A stretch of DNA of 63,810 nucleotides, filler included, from Octopus bimaculoides (GCF_001194135.2; 4 parts of 4 records of this genome joined end to end with filler, not necessarily neighbours in it); one strand, 5' to 3'; shown: positions 36,101 through 50,820, counted from the first letter of the whole stretch. Made by a program: numbers and translations. The notes: generated by a model not told the origin, from the sequence alone.

Positions 36101-37257
36101 CGATCAGCAGCGTTTTGCTTACATAAGTTACGGCATATGACAGCCAATCAAATGTGATGAGAGTTTCATCAGTTTTGATAGGCTGTCAGTCAACAGAAGT
36201 AAAAACGTTGAATTATTCCAAAGCAGAATTGTTGTATTTCAATATGACATACTTATAAAGATTACCGTACTTCAAGGTAGTACGCAAGTATGCAGAATCT
36301 TCACTTGTTTATGTCAAAGTGAAATCGCATTCAATGTTAAATGCAGTTTGTGTCTTAGATTATTAGAAATATGTTTACTCAATTTCCAAGCCGAAAGTTT
36401 TCTTATCACCAAACTAGGTTCTTATGTTCTATCCTACAACTATTAACATTAGGTTGATCGTTATAGAAAATAACAATACACCTAACTAAAGATACATTGA
36501 TTGGGAACTAAGATTTTGAAAGACGCTTGATTTTAGTGAGTGATAATATAGACAAGCAAAATAATTTTCATCTGAAAATCAAAACAGTATCCCTTACTCT
36601 ACGAAGCAAATGCTTTTCAGATTTTTATCGTTGAGACAATGTTGCAGTCATACGCTTACTATTTAGAGTCAATTTATTTTTTGAATTCCCTATACAATTC
36701 AAAATTAAAGTAACGTATTAAAAAAAATAAATGCAAAACAAGATTTGAAGGAAACATTTTTCATTTCCCGTATAATGGACCTGATGTTACGTAAACGATT
36801 TAAATGAACATTTCAAAGATTTTACAAAATATCTTTAGAAATATATACAAAATTATATTAGTAAAACAAAAATATTACTAAAATGATTTCAGGAAAAGAC
36901 TGAAGCTAATTAATTAAAAGAAAAATGCCATTTCAGATCAAATAATATAAGTAGACTCACCAGCTGCCGCATATTGCTAAAGGATATTTATACTGATGAA
37001 ATAAATTTATTTCTGAACTAGACAAATAAAATTAGTTTTAGACAAATATGAAACATTAATGCCTATCAAAACTCTTAAATGGCCGTGTTTACCTCAGAAA
37101 CATTGTTTCGCACATATTTATGTAAACAAAACACTAGCTTACACGCATACATATATATGCATGTGTGTGTGTGTCTGTATGTGTGTATGTCTATAATGTA
37201 TAAACACATACACCAAGTTTAAACTCAAATTCGTTTTAGAGTTTGTGTTCCATGGGG

Positions 37258-37305
<48 letters not shown>

Positions 37306-39332
37306 CATATATATAGATACTGAGATGTGTGATTGTTCGCTTCATGAGTGTCCTGCACAATTTTACGATGCTGTTTTTACAGTAGCTGCGTGTCGACCTA
37401 TATAATGTGAATAAAGTTGGGTTCACAAATGCGTATCACTTCTCTGAATGTCGTTTGCTTCTAACTCAAGTTCCGGCTTATCGTACACGTCGGCGTGCTT
37501 GTAATCTACGTTAAAGTTGCACTTGATTGAAATAATCAGCCATTTACAAGATACGAGAGTCAATGATTTGTTTTTACTTGATCGAAATCCAGAAAAGTCA
37601 TCGTCGAATATAACGCAAATCCATTCATTTTGAATCTGTATAAGAAGATGTGTGTATTCATGCTCATAAGAACAATCACCAGTTCTTCACTTTTAAAAGC
37701 ACATTTATATTGAGAAAAAATGACATCGACAGGAAAAAAAATTAAATTTATGCAAAATGTGTTAAGCGTAAATTGGCTGCTTAGCATACCTCTTTTTCTG
37801 TCGTAGCATCATTTTATTGATGGGCTGCACATCATGAATATCTGCTAACGAAATATATTGTAATTTTGCGTACTTGAACCACTTTGCAAATTTCATTAAC
37901 TGACCGATAAATATTTTGAAAATCTGTTTAATAATATTTATCAAAAACTGCCTACTTTTTAATACTGAAACATATAACAAAATTTATTATGTAATTGTAA
38001 TTCTTTCTCGTTGAATTCTTCAATATAAATTTAATGATCTACGACCGAAATGATGCTTGCAGATCTCTTTTTACAGTATCGCTAATTCTATCACACATAC
38101 ATTACGTCGTCTAATTGAATTGCTGTAAATATATTTTGAAAAGAAGTATTTTAAATTATATTTATTTAAAATAGCATCTTCTTAAATAAGATATAATTGA
38201 GTCGACCTGGAATGTATAACTGAACTTTTGTCGCGAGCTAGACATAGGTTTCAGCAAGTTAAAAACTTAAAATTTTGAAAATAAAAATGGAGTTTAAAAC
38301 AGTTTAGATCAACTTGCTCAGAGAAAATTCGATATAATTTTTATTTCCCCGCACTCAACCCAGACTAGGGGACCAAGTTTGTAAGTGCGACAGCATTTTT
38401 GGAAATCTCACTAGAATTGGAACTTAAAATGTTAGGCCCGATCTCACACTTCTAAGCATTTTGTTTGCAGTGTATTCTTTGCATGTTTTTTCTTTGTTAT
38501 TTCTTGGATTCAAATTCAAATTTCTAATCTCGCCCATACTATGAAGAAATGATGATCTCCCTTGTAATATAAATGCCTAATAAACGGAGCTACAATAGTT
38601 TGATAAAAGTTTGTACGTCTTAAAAGACGAGCTTGAGAAGACATGAGATAAAACGATTGTACTTTTTAAAGAATTTATCATAAAATTACATAATTTTTCT
38701 TTTAAAATTATATATTCTACTTGCGATTACGTTATTGTTCACCGCCAGATTAGTTCCGATGGTATAGTCATATGAGCATATGAATTACTATCTTTGAAAG
38801 AATAACTTGTAACACGAAATATATTTGATGTCTTAATCAACATTGTTTTAGCTAAAAAATTTGCTAATTAGTGCTGGTGTTGGAGATGATGTTGGAATGC
38901 TTGTGGAGATGATGTTGGTGGTGATGGTGATGTTGATATGGATGAAGTACACGATGGCGATGATAGTGGTTGAAGATGATGGTGATGGTGATAGTTGGGG
39001 GATGCTGAATACGATGCCCATAATGGTACATATATTCCTGGCTGGTGGCGGTTGTTGTGGTTGCTATGCTACTCGTGGTAATATATGCAGTGATGTTTAT
39101 ATTGGATGTATTTAACAAACTATATCCGCTGAATTATTAATTTCTGACTTTCCAAACCTTAATGTCTGAAAATCAATCAATCGAATAAATTGATAGACAA
39201 ACATTTACAGTTTTGTGTAATCAAATTCACAGGACAGTAATTAAGTAGCAATTACTGCTCTGTAGTTGTATTTTCATAAAAGTCTAGCTGTGTGTTTAAT
39301 AATTTCTTTGGCAAATTATCTAATATACATAC

Positions 39333-39376
<44 letters not shown>

Positions 39377-40839
39377 TCTTATACCATTTACTTGTCTCAT
39401 TCATTAGATTGTGGTCACGCAGAACAGCGCCTTAAATAATTTTACCCGAACGAATCGATCTAAGTGTGCGTTTGGCACCCTACTATATTCAGCCTTTCAG
39501 TATTTTGGGTGGTAACGTTTGCACATTTAATCCATTTTCCCGTTGGTGACAAAGCCATAAAATTATATTTTCCATTTTCTTGTCAGTGTCTCTCCTAAGA
39601 TAACCGGAAATTAAATACTTCTACCAATAAACAGTGCGAAGGGAAATATCAAAGCTAAAATTTAATCTGAACAGAAATATAAATGGAAGAATGCATGTAA
39701 AGATAACTTGGTCAGCCATCCAGCATAGGAGAATCACAACACGAAAAATGTTATCTATAGAGATCTATCGAGATCAATGTACTTGCAGTGCAATAACTGA
39801 AGAAAACAACAAGAAGCATGTAAATTGGAGAAAGCGTGGCTTACGGAGAAGTGGCCTTACAGAAAATTGCAACACATACACAAACGAAGTATTACGTTAA
39901 TTTAAGAATTGTTGGGAAACATCGTCAGAGGTTTTAATGCGAATTTTTATTTCTGTTATTATTTCTAGTATTACATGTTGCCTTTTGTTGTAAACCAAAA
40001 ATATAACAATTTTAAATGATCCTTCATGCTACAGATACAAGACCTGAAATTAGACTCCGGGGTTCAACTGCTACTCATTTGAGCGATTAAAAAATTATGA
40101 AAAAGTTTNNNNNNNNNNNNNNNNNNNNNNNNNNNNNNNNNNNNNNNNNNNNNNNNNNNNNNNNNNNNNNNNNNNNNNNNNNNNNNNNNNNNNNNNNNNN
40201 NNNNNNNNNNNNNNNNNNNNNNNNNNNNNNNNNNNNNNNNNNNNNNNNNNNNNNNNNNNNNNNNNNNNNNNNNNNNNNNNNNNNNNNNNNNNNNNNNNNN
40301 NNNNNNNNNNNNNNNNNNNNNNNNNNNNNNNNNNNNNNNNNNNNNNNNNNNNNNNNNNNNNNNNNNNNNNNNNNNNNNNNNNNNNNNNNNNNNNNNNNNN
40401 NNNNNNNNNNNNNNNNNNNNNNNNNNNNNNNNNNNNNNNNNNNNNNNNNNNNNNNNNNNNNNNNNNNNNNNNNNNNNNNNNNNNNNNNNNNNNNNNNNNN
40501 NNNNNNNNNNNNNNNNNNNNNNNNCTTATCAACTTTATGAAGTGTTGCTTGATAAGTGTCGCTATTATTCGTCTTGACAAGACTGGAACCATCCTAATAC
40601 TGGTAAACATCGTCGCCCATCAAGGCACGCGCTTGATTATATGTGTCTGTGTGCGTAGATATATGTAGGTGTGTGTAGGTGTGTGTAGGTGTGTGTAGAT
40701 ATATGTAGGTGTGTGTCTTGCGTGACCATTTTTAACTTTAGTATCTCCGATGTATTGATAATATACATATTTAATAAAGTAATATCTTTAAACGTTTTCT
40801 CTTTTCATATCGCTCTCTTTTGAACTCACACAGACACAG

Positions 40840-40873
<34 letters not shown>

Positions 40874-42680
40874 ACACGCATACACGCACACAACCCACAC
40901 ACACACCAATACACGCACATACCAATACACACACACCAGACTTTGTGAGTCTGTGTGTGCAGGTGTATACAGCATCAGAATCAGTTTGACAATTAGACAT
41001 ATGCAGAGTAACATATTCTGGCTGCTTTTTTTTTTTTAGTTAGTTAGTTTTCTATGCTAAATATGACAGCATTAATATATTTGTTTTGATATGATAATAG
41101 AAAATTGATTCATGAAATGTCTCTTCGTGTTGGAATATCTCAAGAATCTCAGCAAGTGCTGGTCCAATGAATAGCTTAGTAAGCAATCTGTTTACTATTC
41201 AGAGGCTTGACTAAAATTTATCCGCGTATGATTGCAATGTTCAATAGTAATCCCGTTTAGGAGAATATCTAATTTGTTACAGAGACTTACCACACAGTTT
41301 TGTGACTACTGCAGTTACTCAATTCAATGTTATTAGACAAGGTAAGAAAATAATGGATTTTCCGGAAATAGCTCGCTGAAAATAGAAGACTAACAAATGC
41401 CATAAACTGAAGCAACGTAGATAAACAATAGCTTAGTTCTTTTGGTATTGAGAAGGAAAAGAAAATAACACTTTTTTTCGTATATCAGTTAAACGCTCTT
41501 CAAACAAATTTTAAAAAAAGTATATCGTAATCGCTGTTGTGAAACTTGTCTGGAAGTTTTGTGTTCTTTTGTTTTTTAGTCATAGATAAAGTTGGTATAA
41601 GGTTACGAAAAGTATGCATGCTTCCTACGGGTTTTTATCTCTTTTGTATTGTGCATTGTCTTGTTTTACTTTCAAACTATTTTCTTTATCTCGAAATCGA
41701 ACAAACAACAGAAAGATTAAAGACATACAACAATCGTTAAATGATTATTTAGATATACGTGTATACTAAACATTGTTTGGAGAAAGTATGTACAAGTGCA
41801 ACTATTCAAGTCTACCAGGTATATCGATAATCGGTTCGACAGGATTTAACTCAAACACAACGTCTTCGAAAATTATTTGCACCTTGATCAGACACAGCCG
41901 TATATTTCTTTGTATTTGGTTTTGTTTGGATATTTCAGTTTGTAGACTTCGTGTAAGAAGTAGAATATTGTTACACACTATTCTGGAATCAGTTCCACTT
42001 AAACGCAACTCATTCATTGTCTTTGTACTTGTAACCATGAGAATGGTTGCCTTGCATTACTGCACCATGTATCTTAAATACTATATGAGACAGTATTTAG
42101 CTCATTATAATCTGTCCTCATTTATCCTTCTATTCTTCATAAAACAAGTTACACGGAAAGCTTGTCGGGAATGAATGTGAAAAGAATATGTGGGTACGTG
42201 TGTGCGCGCGTGTGTGTGTGTATTGTAGATATATATTCAAGATGAATTTTACAGATTAACTAATATATTGATTTGTCCATGTTATGGGGGAAATTCTCTT
42301 CTGTACTTAGTATTTAAGGTCTGAAATTTAAAACGCGTCATGATTCAGAAGAAGCATATATTTTCAAACATTTGGGAATCAACCTCATTGCGTAATATAG
42401 AATAAGAAATACCATATTGCACATGAATGTGTTAAATGAAATTCTTATATTCCACATTTCACGAAATATTTCATTTGGTTATGTATCACATTCAGAAACC
42501 AAATTTAAATATACTTTCTGCGAACAATTTTACGTTGAACAACTTATTAAAAAAATATAATAAATCTTCCTGACACAGTTATACACATAGTAATCACACG
42601 CAAAAATGAGAAATATTGTAAAACGTTGTGCGCAAGAACATACAAATTTCTTTAGAAGATCCATTTGAGATATGTGAACA

Positions 42681-42719
<39 letters not shown>

Positions 42720-42964
42720 NNNNNNNNNNNNNNNNNNNNNNNNNNNNNNNNNNNNNNNNNNNNTTAATTAATTAANNNNNNNNNNNNNNNNNNNNNNNNN
42801 NNNNNNNNNNNNNNNNNNNTATATACATGCATGTATGTACGTATGTATATTATTTTGGTTGGTTAACTCTACTGCTATTTCAGGTTCTAACTTGTTTGAT
42901 GATTGATTCTGTCCCCTACAGGGGAAATTCACGGTAGCAAAAGCACTGCATCCATCAGAATAAA

Positions 42965-43157
42965 ATCAGCAATTTCGGGGCGGGGAGAATAAGTCGATTA
43001 CATCGACCCCAGTCTACGACTGGTACTTATTTTATCGATGACGAAAGGATAAAAATCAAAGCCGACCTCGGCTGAATTTGAACTCGGAAGGAAGGACGAA
43101 TGTAATGCTGCTAAGCAGTTTATTCGGTGCGGTAACGATTCTACCAGTTTGCCGCCT
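42965..43157 (-). mobile_element. SINE family B
   Basis: Reverse complement of family B (GTCGATTACATCGACCCCAG...CGACCTCGGCTGAATTTGAACTC...GCCGCC). Confidence 0.85.
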
Positions 43158-43254
43158 TTTCAAAATAAAATATTAATTTCTTCTTTGGTTTCGATCACTC
43201 TTTTACCGACAGTGAACACAAATCGCGTATGTCTGTGCGTGGAGGGGGAGAGTG

Positions 43255-43416
43255 AAAGAGAGAGAGAGAGGAACAGAGACAGAGACAGCTAGAAAGTGAA
43301 ACAGACTGACAGACAGACACATAGACATACGGACAGAGCGGCATAGAGAGATAGATATATTTGATAGATACATAGATATATTTGATAGATAGATAGATAA
43401 ATATATAGATAGATTT

Positions 43417-43470
<54 letters not shown>

Positions 43471-43805
43471 AATAGTTAGATGAAGAAAGTGAGAGAGAGA
43501 GAGATTCTTCAGGTATAAAACATTGCTGTCTACACATTAAACACGCTGGTTTTGCTGAATTTTATAGTATTTCTTTTTCTATGCAACTATGGCGGCATAT
43601 AAGAATATGTATGTCTGTTTTTGTATGTGTAGAGAGAGGGAGAGGGAGAGAGACGCACAGACAGACAGAGCGGCAGACAGATAGGAAGGTAGACAAATAG
43701 AAAGAACGAAAGATAGATAGACAGACAGACAGATAGATATATAGATAGATTGATTGATATTGATTGATTGATTGACATACAGACAGACTCACAGATCGCT
43801 AGATA

Positions 43806-43838
<33 letters not shown>

Positions 43839-44030
43839 ATNNNNNNNNNNTATATATATATATATAAAGAGAGAGAGAGAGAGAGAGAGAGAGAAATTGA
43901 TAGATTGATCGATTGATTAATGAGTGATTGATTGAGTCATTGATTGATTGGTTGATAGATAAATAGATAGATAGACAAACAGACAGACAGACAGACAGAC
44001 ATAGACAGAGAGGGAGAGAGAGATCCTTCA
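43255..44030. repeat. Compound (GA)/(GACA)/(GATA)/(GATT)/(AT) microsatellite block
   Basis: Direct inspection. Confidence 0.9.
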
Positions 44031-46167
44031 CATAGACAGCAATACTATCTATGCATTTAACACCTTCGCTTCGCTCAGTTTTATATTTCATTTTCAATAT
44101 GAGTATGACAGCAAGTAAGTGTATATGTGTGTGTGTGTTTGTGTATGTGTGCGCACGTGCCTTTGTGTGCTTGTATGCGTGTGTGTATGTGTATGTGTGT
44201 GCGCGCATGCGCGTGAATAAACACATAGACTGTCAAATAACTTACATAGACGTACATGCAATTTACATTAGATAAGGGTGTGGATGATAATCTACGCTTG
44301 CGAATTGGAATGAATGTGACAGAAAGAGAATCAGAGAGAGAGAAAAGGAATGACAAAGGACAGAGAGAAAGAGATGGGGAGGGAGAGGGAAGGAGAGAGG
44401 TGGCGCTTTATATGATAAGAGGTCGTGTTATAATTAATACTGCAGTTTACAAGGTGGTGTGATAAAGTTTTGCGAAGTTACTGATTAAGACGGTTTATAG
44501 CGGTGTAAAAGAATATTTAACCATAAAGGAACCAAAGCAGAAGTCACTTGCTTCACCAAACCCATTATCCAGATCATTCTTTAGCATCTTTATCTACTTC
44601 AACGTCTCTCTCTCCCTTCCCCCCTCGCACTCTCTCTTTCCCTCTCTCTCTTTCTCTCCGTCTCCCTCTGATATATACGTATGTGTAGATAAATGTATTT
44701 ATATACATATACACCTATACATAAGCAAACATACGCAAGCAAACATACATACATACATATACGCACACGTATATATACACGCATACATATATAGATTTAT
44801 GTATAGAGATGTACATATATACATATCTACATGGGTGCGTGTGTATTAATTTATGCACGAGCACATATATATCTATATATTATAAATGTGTGTGCGTGTG
44901 CATTTGTTCGCATAGTATACATACATACACACACACATACATACATACATACATACATACATACATACTTACGTACATACATACACACATACATAATTAT
45001 ATGCACATACACACAGGTATACATGCACACATAAAACCATAACTATTTTCATTTGGCGCATTCTAACCATTTATTACTTCAAATGAGAAAGAACAAATTA
45101 ACAACAAGATGGCGGCTACGCTGTAGAATTAACGCTATTTTAAAATCGCTCTTGTTGATGTAACTTTTACAAACCCACGAAATTACATTTTCGTGAAAAT
45201 ATATCTATAAAGCCCTCAAGGAATATATCACGCGAATTATATGTATATTTTATCTATTTATGTATTTATTTACTTTTTTTTTCTTTTAGCAAATAATATT
45301 GTGAAATCTGAGGCTAATATTGTGAAAGATTTTTCGATGTATTTACGTTCTTTAGTGTTTCTGTTTTATCCGAGAGTTTTAACCGAGTGGTTTTAACGAT
45401 CTCAGCGTCTGTATGTCTCCTTTATAGTTTTTTTTTCTATTCACTCGGATCCACGACGAACAGTAAATCGATTCATTGCCAAAAGTCTAAAGCAACTTTC
45501 CTCAAATCACATCTGTCCGTCTATAATGTATTTCTAAATAATATACAGAATGATCGCGATTGGATTGACAATGAACACAGATTTACACAATCAGTTCTGA
45601 GATGGAGCTTAGTTATAACGTAAGCAACAACGTCTATACAGTAACCGCTAGAGACTGGTTCTCCTGTGGCTTTTATATGTCTACGCATTGCTTCAATGAG
45701 CCAAACTGGAGAGCCCCTACCTAGTTTTTCACCCTTGTAGAAGTAGCAGCTTAATAATTCGGAAAGGAAAATGCAGCATCTTTAAAATGTAAATTTCACG
45801 TTGTATAAATACGTCTCAGATACCAAAATGCCTTGGGCATTTGGGGCAGGATAAGTAGTAAAGACAGGGTAACAAACGCAACAGTACAAGAACGGTTGAA
45901 AGGCAAAAGACTCCTATTGTCGAGAATAAGTCCACAAAAATATATTTGGGGTATTCGATGTGCTACGACAATTCTCTGGCCGAGACAATTTTGCCAGAAA
46001 GTGTGGAGGTGAAAAGAGCAAGAGATGAAAGATGTTTGTGGGTTGAAAACATCAAAGAATGAACTGTAAACAAGAAACTGACTTTAAGCATGCAGCACAG
46101 CACTGAGGGAACTGAAGTGTGTCAGATCCTTCGATACACTGAGGGTACTTGACTGACGATGATGATG

Positions 46168-46202
<35 letters not shown>

Positions 46203-46295
46203 NNNNNNNNNNNNNNNNNNNNNNNNNNNNNNNNNNNNNNNNNNNNNNNNNNNNNNNNNNNNNNNNNNNNNNNNNNNNNNNNNNNNNNNNNNNNN

Positions 46296-46327
<32 letters not shown>

Positions 46328-47084
46328 ATAAATAGCAGAAATAGTTTGATGAAATTTTATTTAACAATAAGAAAATACTAATATCACGACAAATTGTTTC
46401 GTAACTTAAAAATGTGTAAATATTTTACGTTATTATACTTAATAATAAAGAAATTATTTATATGCCTGCATCAATGTAAAATGCAAATAAATCCTTCAGA
46501 ATAATTTAGTATTTAAGCTACGTCCTCAGGTGAAAGAAAAACTTGATTGTTGAGACTGCTACTGCACCCTGTCTCCGAATTGCTGAAACCGATTTCTCAT
46601 CAGACGGTGAAGCAGCTGTGTTGGCCCCTTCCACCACGAAACCAGAGCAGCCTGGATCCACCCACTGATGTACGTGAAAAAATTCCTATACAACAGCATA
46701 AGCCTTAATGTGTTTAATGGATGTCTGTAGATCAAATATTTTTATTATCCTCAAAGTTGTATTGCTTCCCATTCCTTGTTTTCTCAGAACTCAACTAACT
46801 CTCTGTCTTCCCTGTTCCTTTGCCAAGGCAATTCCAGCTCTACCCTCATTGACACCTTTCTTTCTTGGCACCATACGACAAGTTCGGGTCTTTTAGTGAC
46901 AAACAATACATGAGAAATGATATTTTCTATCAAAACCAACACAGTCGTTCTAAGTTCCTCGCGTTTTGGGTCATTCTTCTGCTATACAGTGGTTGATTTG
47001 CAGCAAAAGGGTCAGGTCTTTTGATGCTAAAAAGTTCGAAGTGATCACCCAATTCCTGTCCAAACCATTTCAGCTCATTCTTCT

Positions 47085-47247
47085 TTATCAACGTGGTGAG
47101 AGGTTTCATTCCCAAACGATATGATTCTGAGTTCAGTCCCACCTTGGGGAGTTGTTTCCTACTATAGCCCCGTGCCGACCAAAGCCTTGTGAGTAGATTT
47201 AGCAGACAGGAACTAAACGAACCGTTTACATGTTTGCATATACAGTA

Positions 47248-47299
<52 letters not shown>

Positions 47300-47480
47300 T
47301 GTGTGTGTGTATGTGTATGTGTGTGTGTTACTTTGTGTTTATCCTCCACTACCATTTAGCAACCGATGTTCGTTAGTTTAACTCACCGTAACTTAGCGGC
47401 TCGGCAAAAGACACCGCTAGAATAAGTATCAGGCATAAAAATAAGTGCTGCAGTCGATTCATTCGACAAAAGAACTGGGT
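47085..47480 (+). mobile_element. SINE family A, diverged
   Basis: CTACTATAGCC...CCGACCAAAGCCTTGTGAG...CCGTAACTTAGCGG...GTCGATTC. Confidence 0.8.
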
Positions 47481-48255
47481 TCGACCAATTCAACAAACGC
47501 TTCTGTCTAATAACTGAAAGAAGCAACATATAATGAGACAAAGATGTCAGTGTCTGGCTTGCAGCCTTCACCTTCCCTGCCAAACTTTAACTTCTCATGC
47601 TCTCCTATTTGTGGTCTTTCGCCGTTGTTAATTCGCTGTACTCCTCAGTACTTTATTATTCCTCCATCATTAATTCACTTTATTTTAACTTTTAAAAAAT
47701 TATTCCCAGCCATCGATCCACAGAAATTCGAACCAAATACCAAACACTTCACTGGACATTCCAAATGTCACGTGCTCTATTCCTCTTCTGTCTCTTTCTC
47801 ATCCTATCCCCTCCTCCGGAAAATTAATTCATGATATATTTTCTTTACTGGTTCCTTTCATGACTTTGTGTTTTTGCATATTTGTATGTGTCTTTGTTTA
47901 GGTTTGTGGATATATTCCAATATGTATGTGTTTGTATCTGTACATATATGTGTGTGCATGTATACATGTATATACGTATGTGTGATTATGTGTGTGTGTA
48001 TGTCTATATATGCAAGTGTATATACGTGCAAGTGAGCGTGTATGTATATATGTATGTATATGTGTGTGTATACATATATGTGGGTATCTGTGTATGCGAG
48101 TGCTTGTGTATATATATATATATATATATACATATATATACCTGCATACACATGCAGATATGTATGTATGTATGTATGTGAGTGCGAGTGTGTATAAATG
48201 TGTGCTTGTGTTTAAGAATGTTTATTTTTGTGTGCATATGTGTGTCTACGTGTGT

Positions 48256-48257
<2 letters not shown>

Positions 48258-48330
<73 letters not shown>

Positions 48331-48343
48331 TACTACTACTACT
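48258..48343. repeat. (TAC)n microsatellite
   Basis: Direct inspection. Confidence 0.95.
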
Positions 48344-48764
48344 CCAGTTAATGACTATTTCAACTTCCTCCTGGAGTTTCGCTATTAATATTTTAACAAG
48401 ATTTTCTCTTCGTTTCGAATTCAATTATTTACATTTTCCTGTCGAAAGTTTTTCTGATGAATGTTTCTAATGAATCTGAAGAACACGATTCCATCCTTCA
48501 TATTAGATACACCACCGACATGGCATTCGACACACTTCATATCTCCCCATCGTTCTTTGATTTTCGTGGTAGCATTCTCGTCGAGGTTTCCTCTCTCCCA
48601 CCTCGGTACGTTACTTCTCTGGAACAACAACTAGAACAACGCAGTTATCCTGCACTGACTGGAATATTTTATGCGTTTGGACTTTAATGCGTGAATTCTT
48701 CATTGGGATCACGTGTTATTGTAAAAATCATTATTTTTGTCGTTGTTTCAACCCCAATCCCGAT

Positions 48765-49222
48765 CTTTTATCTTTTACTTGTTTAAGTCATGAACCTGCG
48801 GCCATGCTGGGACACAGACCTACAGAATTTTTAATCGAAGGAATCGACTCCAGTCCTGATTTTATTCCCAGCACGGCGCTTATTCCATCGTTCTCTTTTT
48901 GGCAAACTGCAAGATTACAGGGGGCATAAACACACCAATACTAGTTGTAAAGCGGTAGTAGGGGACAAAGACAGACAAAATGACACATACGCACATAGAT
49001 ATACACATACATACATACATACATACATGTGAGTGTATGTGACTGTGTGTGCGTGTGTGTGTGTATGTATACACGATGGGCTTCTTTCAGTTTTTGTCAA
49101 CCAAATCCTCTCGCAAGACTGAGGTCGACCTGGCGTTTTAGTGAAAGACACTTGCCCAAGTAGAAGACACTAGAACCCGGAACCATGTGGATGGGAAGCA
49201 AACGTCTTACCATACAGCCACG
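48765..49222 (-). mobile_element. SINE family A, near full length, diverged
   Basis: Reverse complement of family A from tail to head (GGAACCATGTGG...CTTACCATACAGCCAC). Confidence 0.85.
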
Positions 49223-49224
49223 CT

Positions 49225-49345
49225 GATGTTAACTTTGCCTTTCATCCTTTCGCAGTCGATAAAATAAATATCATGTGAACACTGGGGTCGATGTAATCAA
49301 CTTATCCCCTCGCCCGAAATTGCTGGCCTTGTGCCAAAACTAGAA
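49225..49345 (+). mobile_element. SINE family B, 3' part
   Basis: ACTTTGCCTTTCATCCTTTCG...ACTGGGGTCGATGTAATC...GGCCTTGTGCC. Confidence 0.8.
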
Positions 49346-49371
49346 ATAATAAAAACTATTATTATTATGAA

Positions 49372-49590
49372 GAAGGTGAGCGTGCAGAATCGTTAACCCA
49401 CCGGGCGAAATGCTTTACGGCATTTCGTCTGTCTTTACGTTCCGAGTTCAAATTCAACCGAAGCCGAGTTTGAGTTTCATTTCTTCAGAGTAGTTAAAAT
49501 AAGTACCAGTTAAGCACAAGGGTCAATATAATCGACTAGCTGCTGCCCTCAAATTCCAGGCCTTGTGCCTTTAATAGAAGGGATTATCAT
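49372..49590 (+). mobile_element. SINE family B, full length
   Basis: AAGGTGAGCGTGCAGAATCGTT...GAGTTCAAATTC...AAGTACCAGTT...CCTTGTGCC...GGATTAT. Confidence 0.85.
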
Positions 49591-50820
49591 CATTATTGTT
49601 TTACTGCTCAGAGCGCTCGGTCTTTTTTGCTCTGGTAGATTCTGTGAGAGCGGACAGCAGCCTGCTGTGAGCGTTCTCACAGGGCCTCTTTCCGCACATT
49701 ATAAACTTTGATATTTCGTTGTTAATTATCGCGGCAGATATTCTACAATCAAAATCCTAGTCTCCCCAGCAGAACAGTTGTTTGGGGCTTGCTCTGCCCT
49801 CATGTCAATTCCGACTTCTTTGACATATTTCTCGAACTTGGTTGTTAGTACTCTGAGTGCCCAAACAACTCCTGGAATGACAGACACTCTCCTCATAGTC
49901 CACATTCTTACAATTTCGTCATTTAGTAGTTTGTACTTTTCAATCTATTCTAGTTCTTTGTCACTTATGCGTACATCTCCAGGTATTGCAATATCTATAA
50001 TCTTGGTTTCTTTTCCTTTATCTACTATAACAATATCTGGTCTCCGAGCCTCGATTAGAGAGTCACATGGGATTCTAAAATGCCACAGTATCTCATATTC
50101 CTTGTTCTCGGTGACTCCTTCTGCTTCATGTTCATACCATTTCTGAGCTCTGTTCAAGCCGGACTTTTCACATAGCCTCCGGCGGACGAACTTAGCTACG
50201 TTGTCGTGCCTCCTTCTGTAGTGCTTTTAGGCCAACTTACTACATTCCCTTACATGTGAAATTGTTTCGTTTCTACTTCCATACATCCTATAAAGGGGAG
50301 ATTCGCTGATCTTTTCTATTTGGAACTTGGTGTAATTAGTTCACAGAACTTGTTCCTGGGCGCTGCATATCAATGCCTCAGTGCATCCTTTCAGGTCATT
50401 TTTCCTTAGCCCTCTCCATGTGTTGATCTTGTCTTTTCCTTCAATTTCCCTGCGGAAATCTATGCAATGGTTTCATGTTCCAATTGTTTACTCTTTCTTC
50501 TTCATCTTGTTTATTAAATGCTGGTGAGTACATCACATTTTCGGTAGGTATTGTATTGTTAATCCTACTAGCGGCAAGCAAGGGTTCACTCTGCTCTTTC
50601 AGGTATCATCCCAGACTTTATCTTCTCGTTGACAATACAGATTTTGCAGCCTATGTGGCCTCTTCCTCCCCTGTTCCTAGGCATATACAGTCTGTCAGTA
50701 TCGCTTTAAAAGTGTAGTTCCTTGTTAATTGTCATCACTCTTCTGATTTTCCTGTCCATTCCCTCAATCTAGTTGTTTGTCCATCTAACAACAACTGCGC
50801 CATATCACGTTAAACAAACA
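49590..50820 (-). mobile_element. R4/Dong-type non-LTR retrotransposon 3' part (RT end, CCHC finger, restriction-like endonuclease)
   Basis: DTDRLYMPRNRGGRG; NETISHV-x-C...RRHDNVA; WYEHE...EILWHFRIPCDSLIEARRPDIVIVDK...IIDIAIPGD (PD-D catalytic motif). Confidence 0.88.

Noticed and set aside
46540-46900. GC-richer island with short open frames (also 25490-25741, 45387-45700, 48430-48690)
   Set aside because: No recognisable domain or paired splice sites; may be old TE debris.
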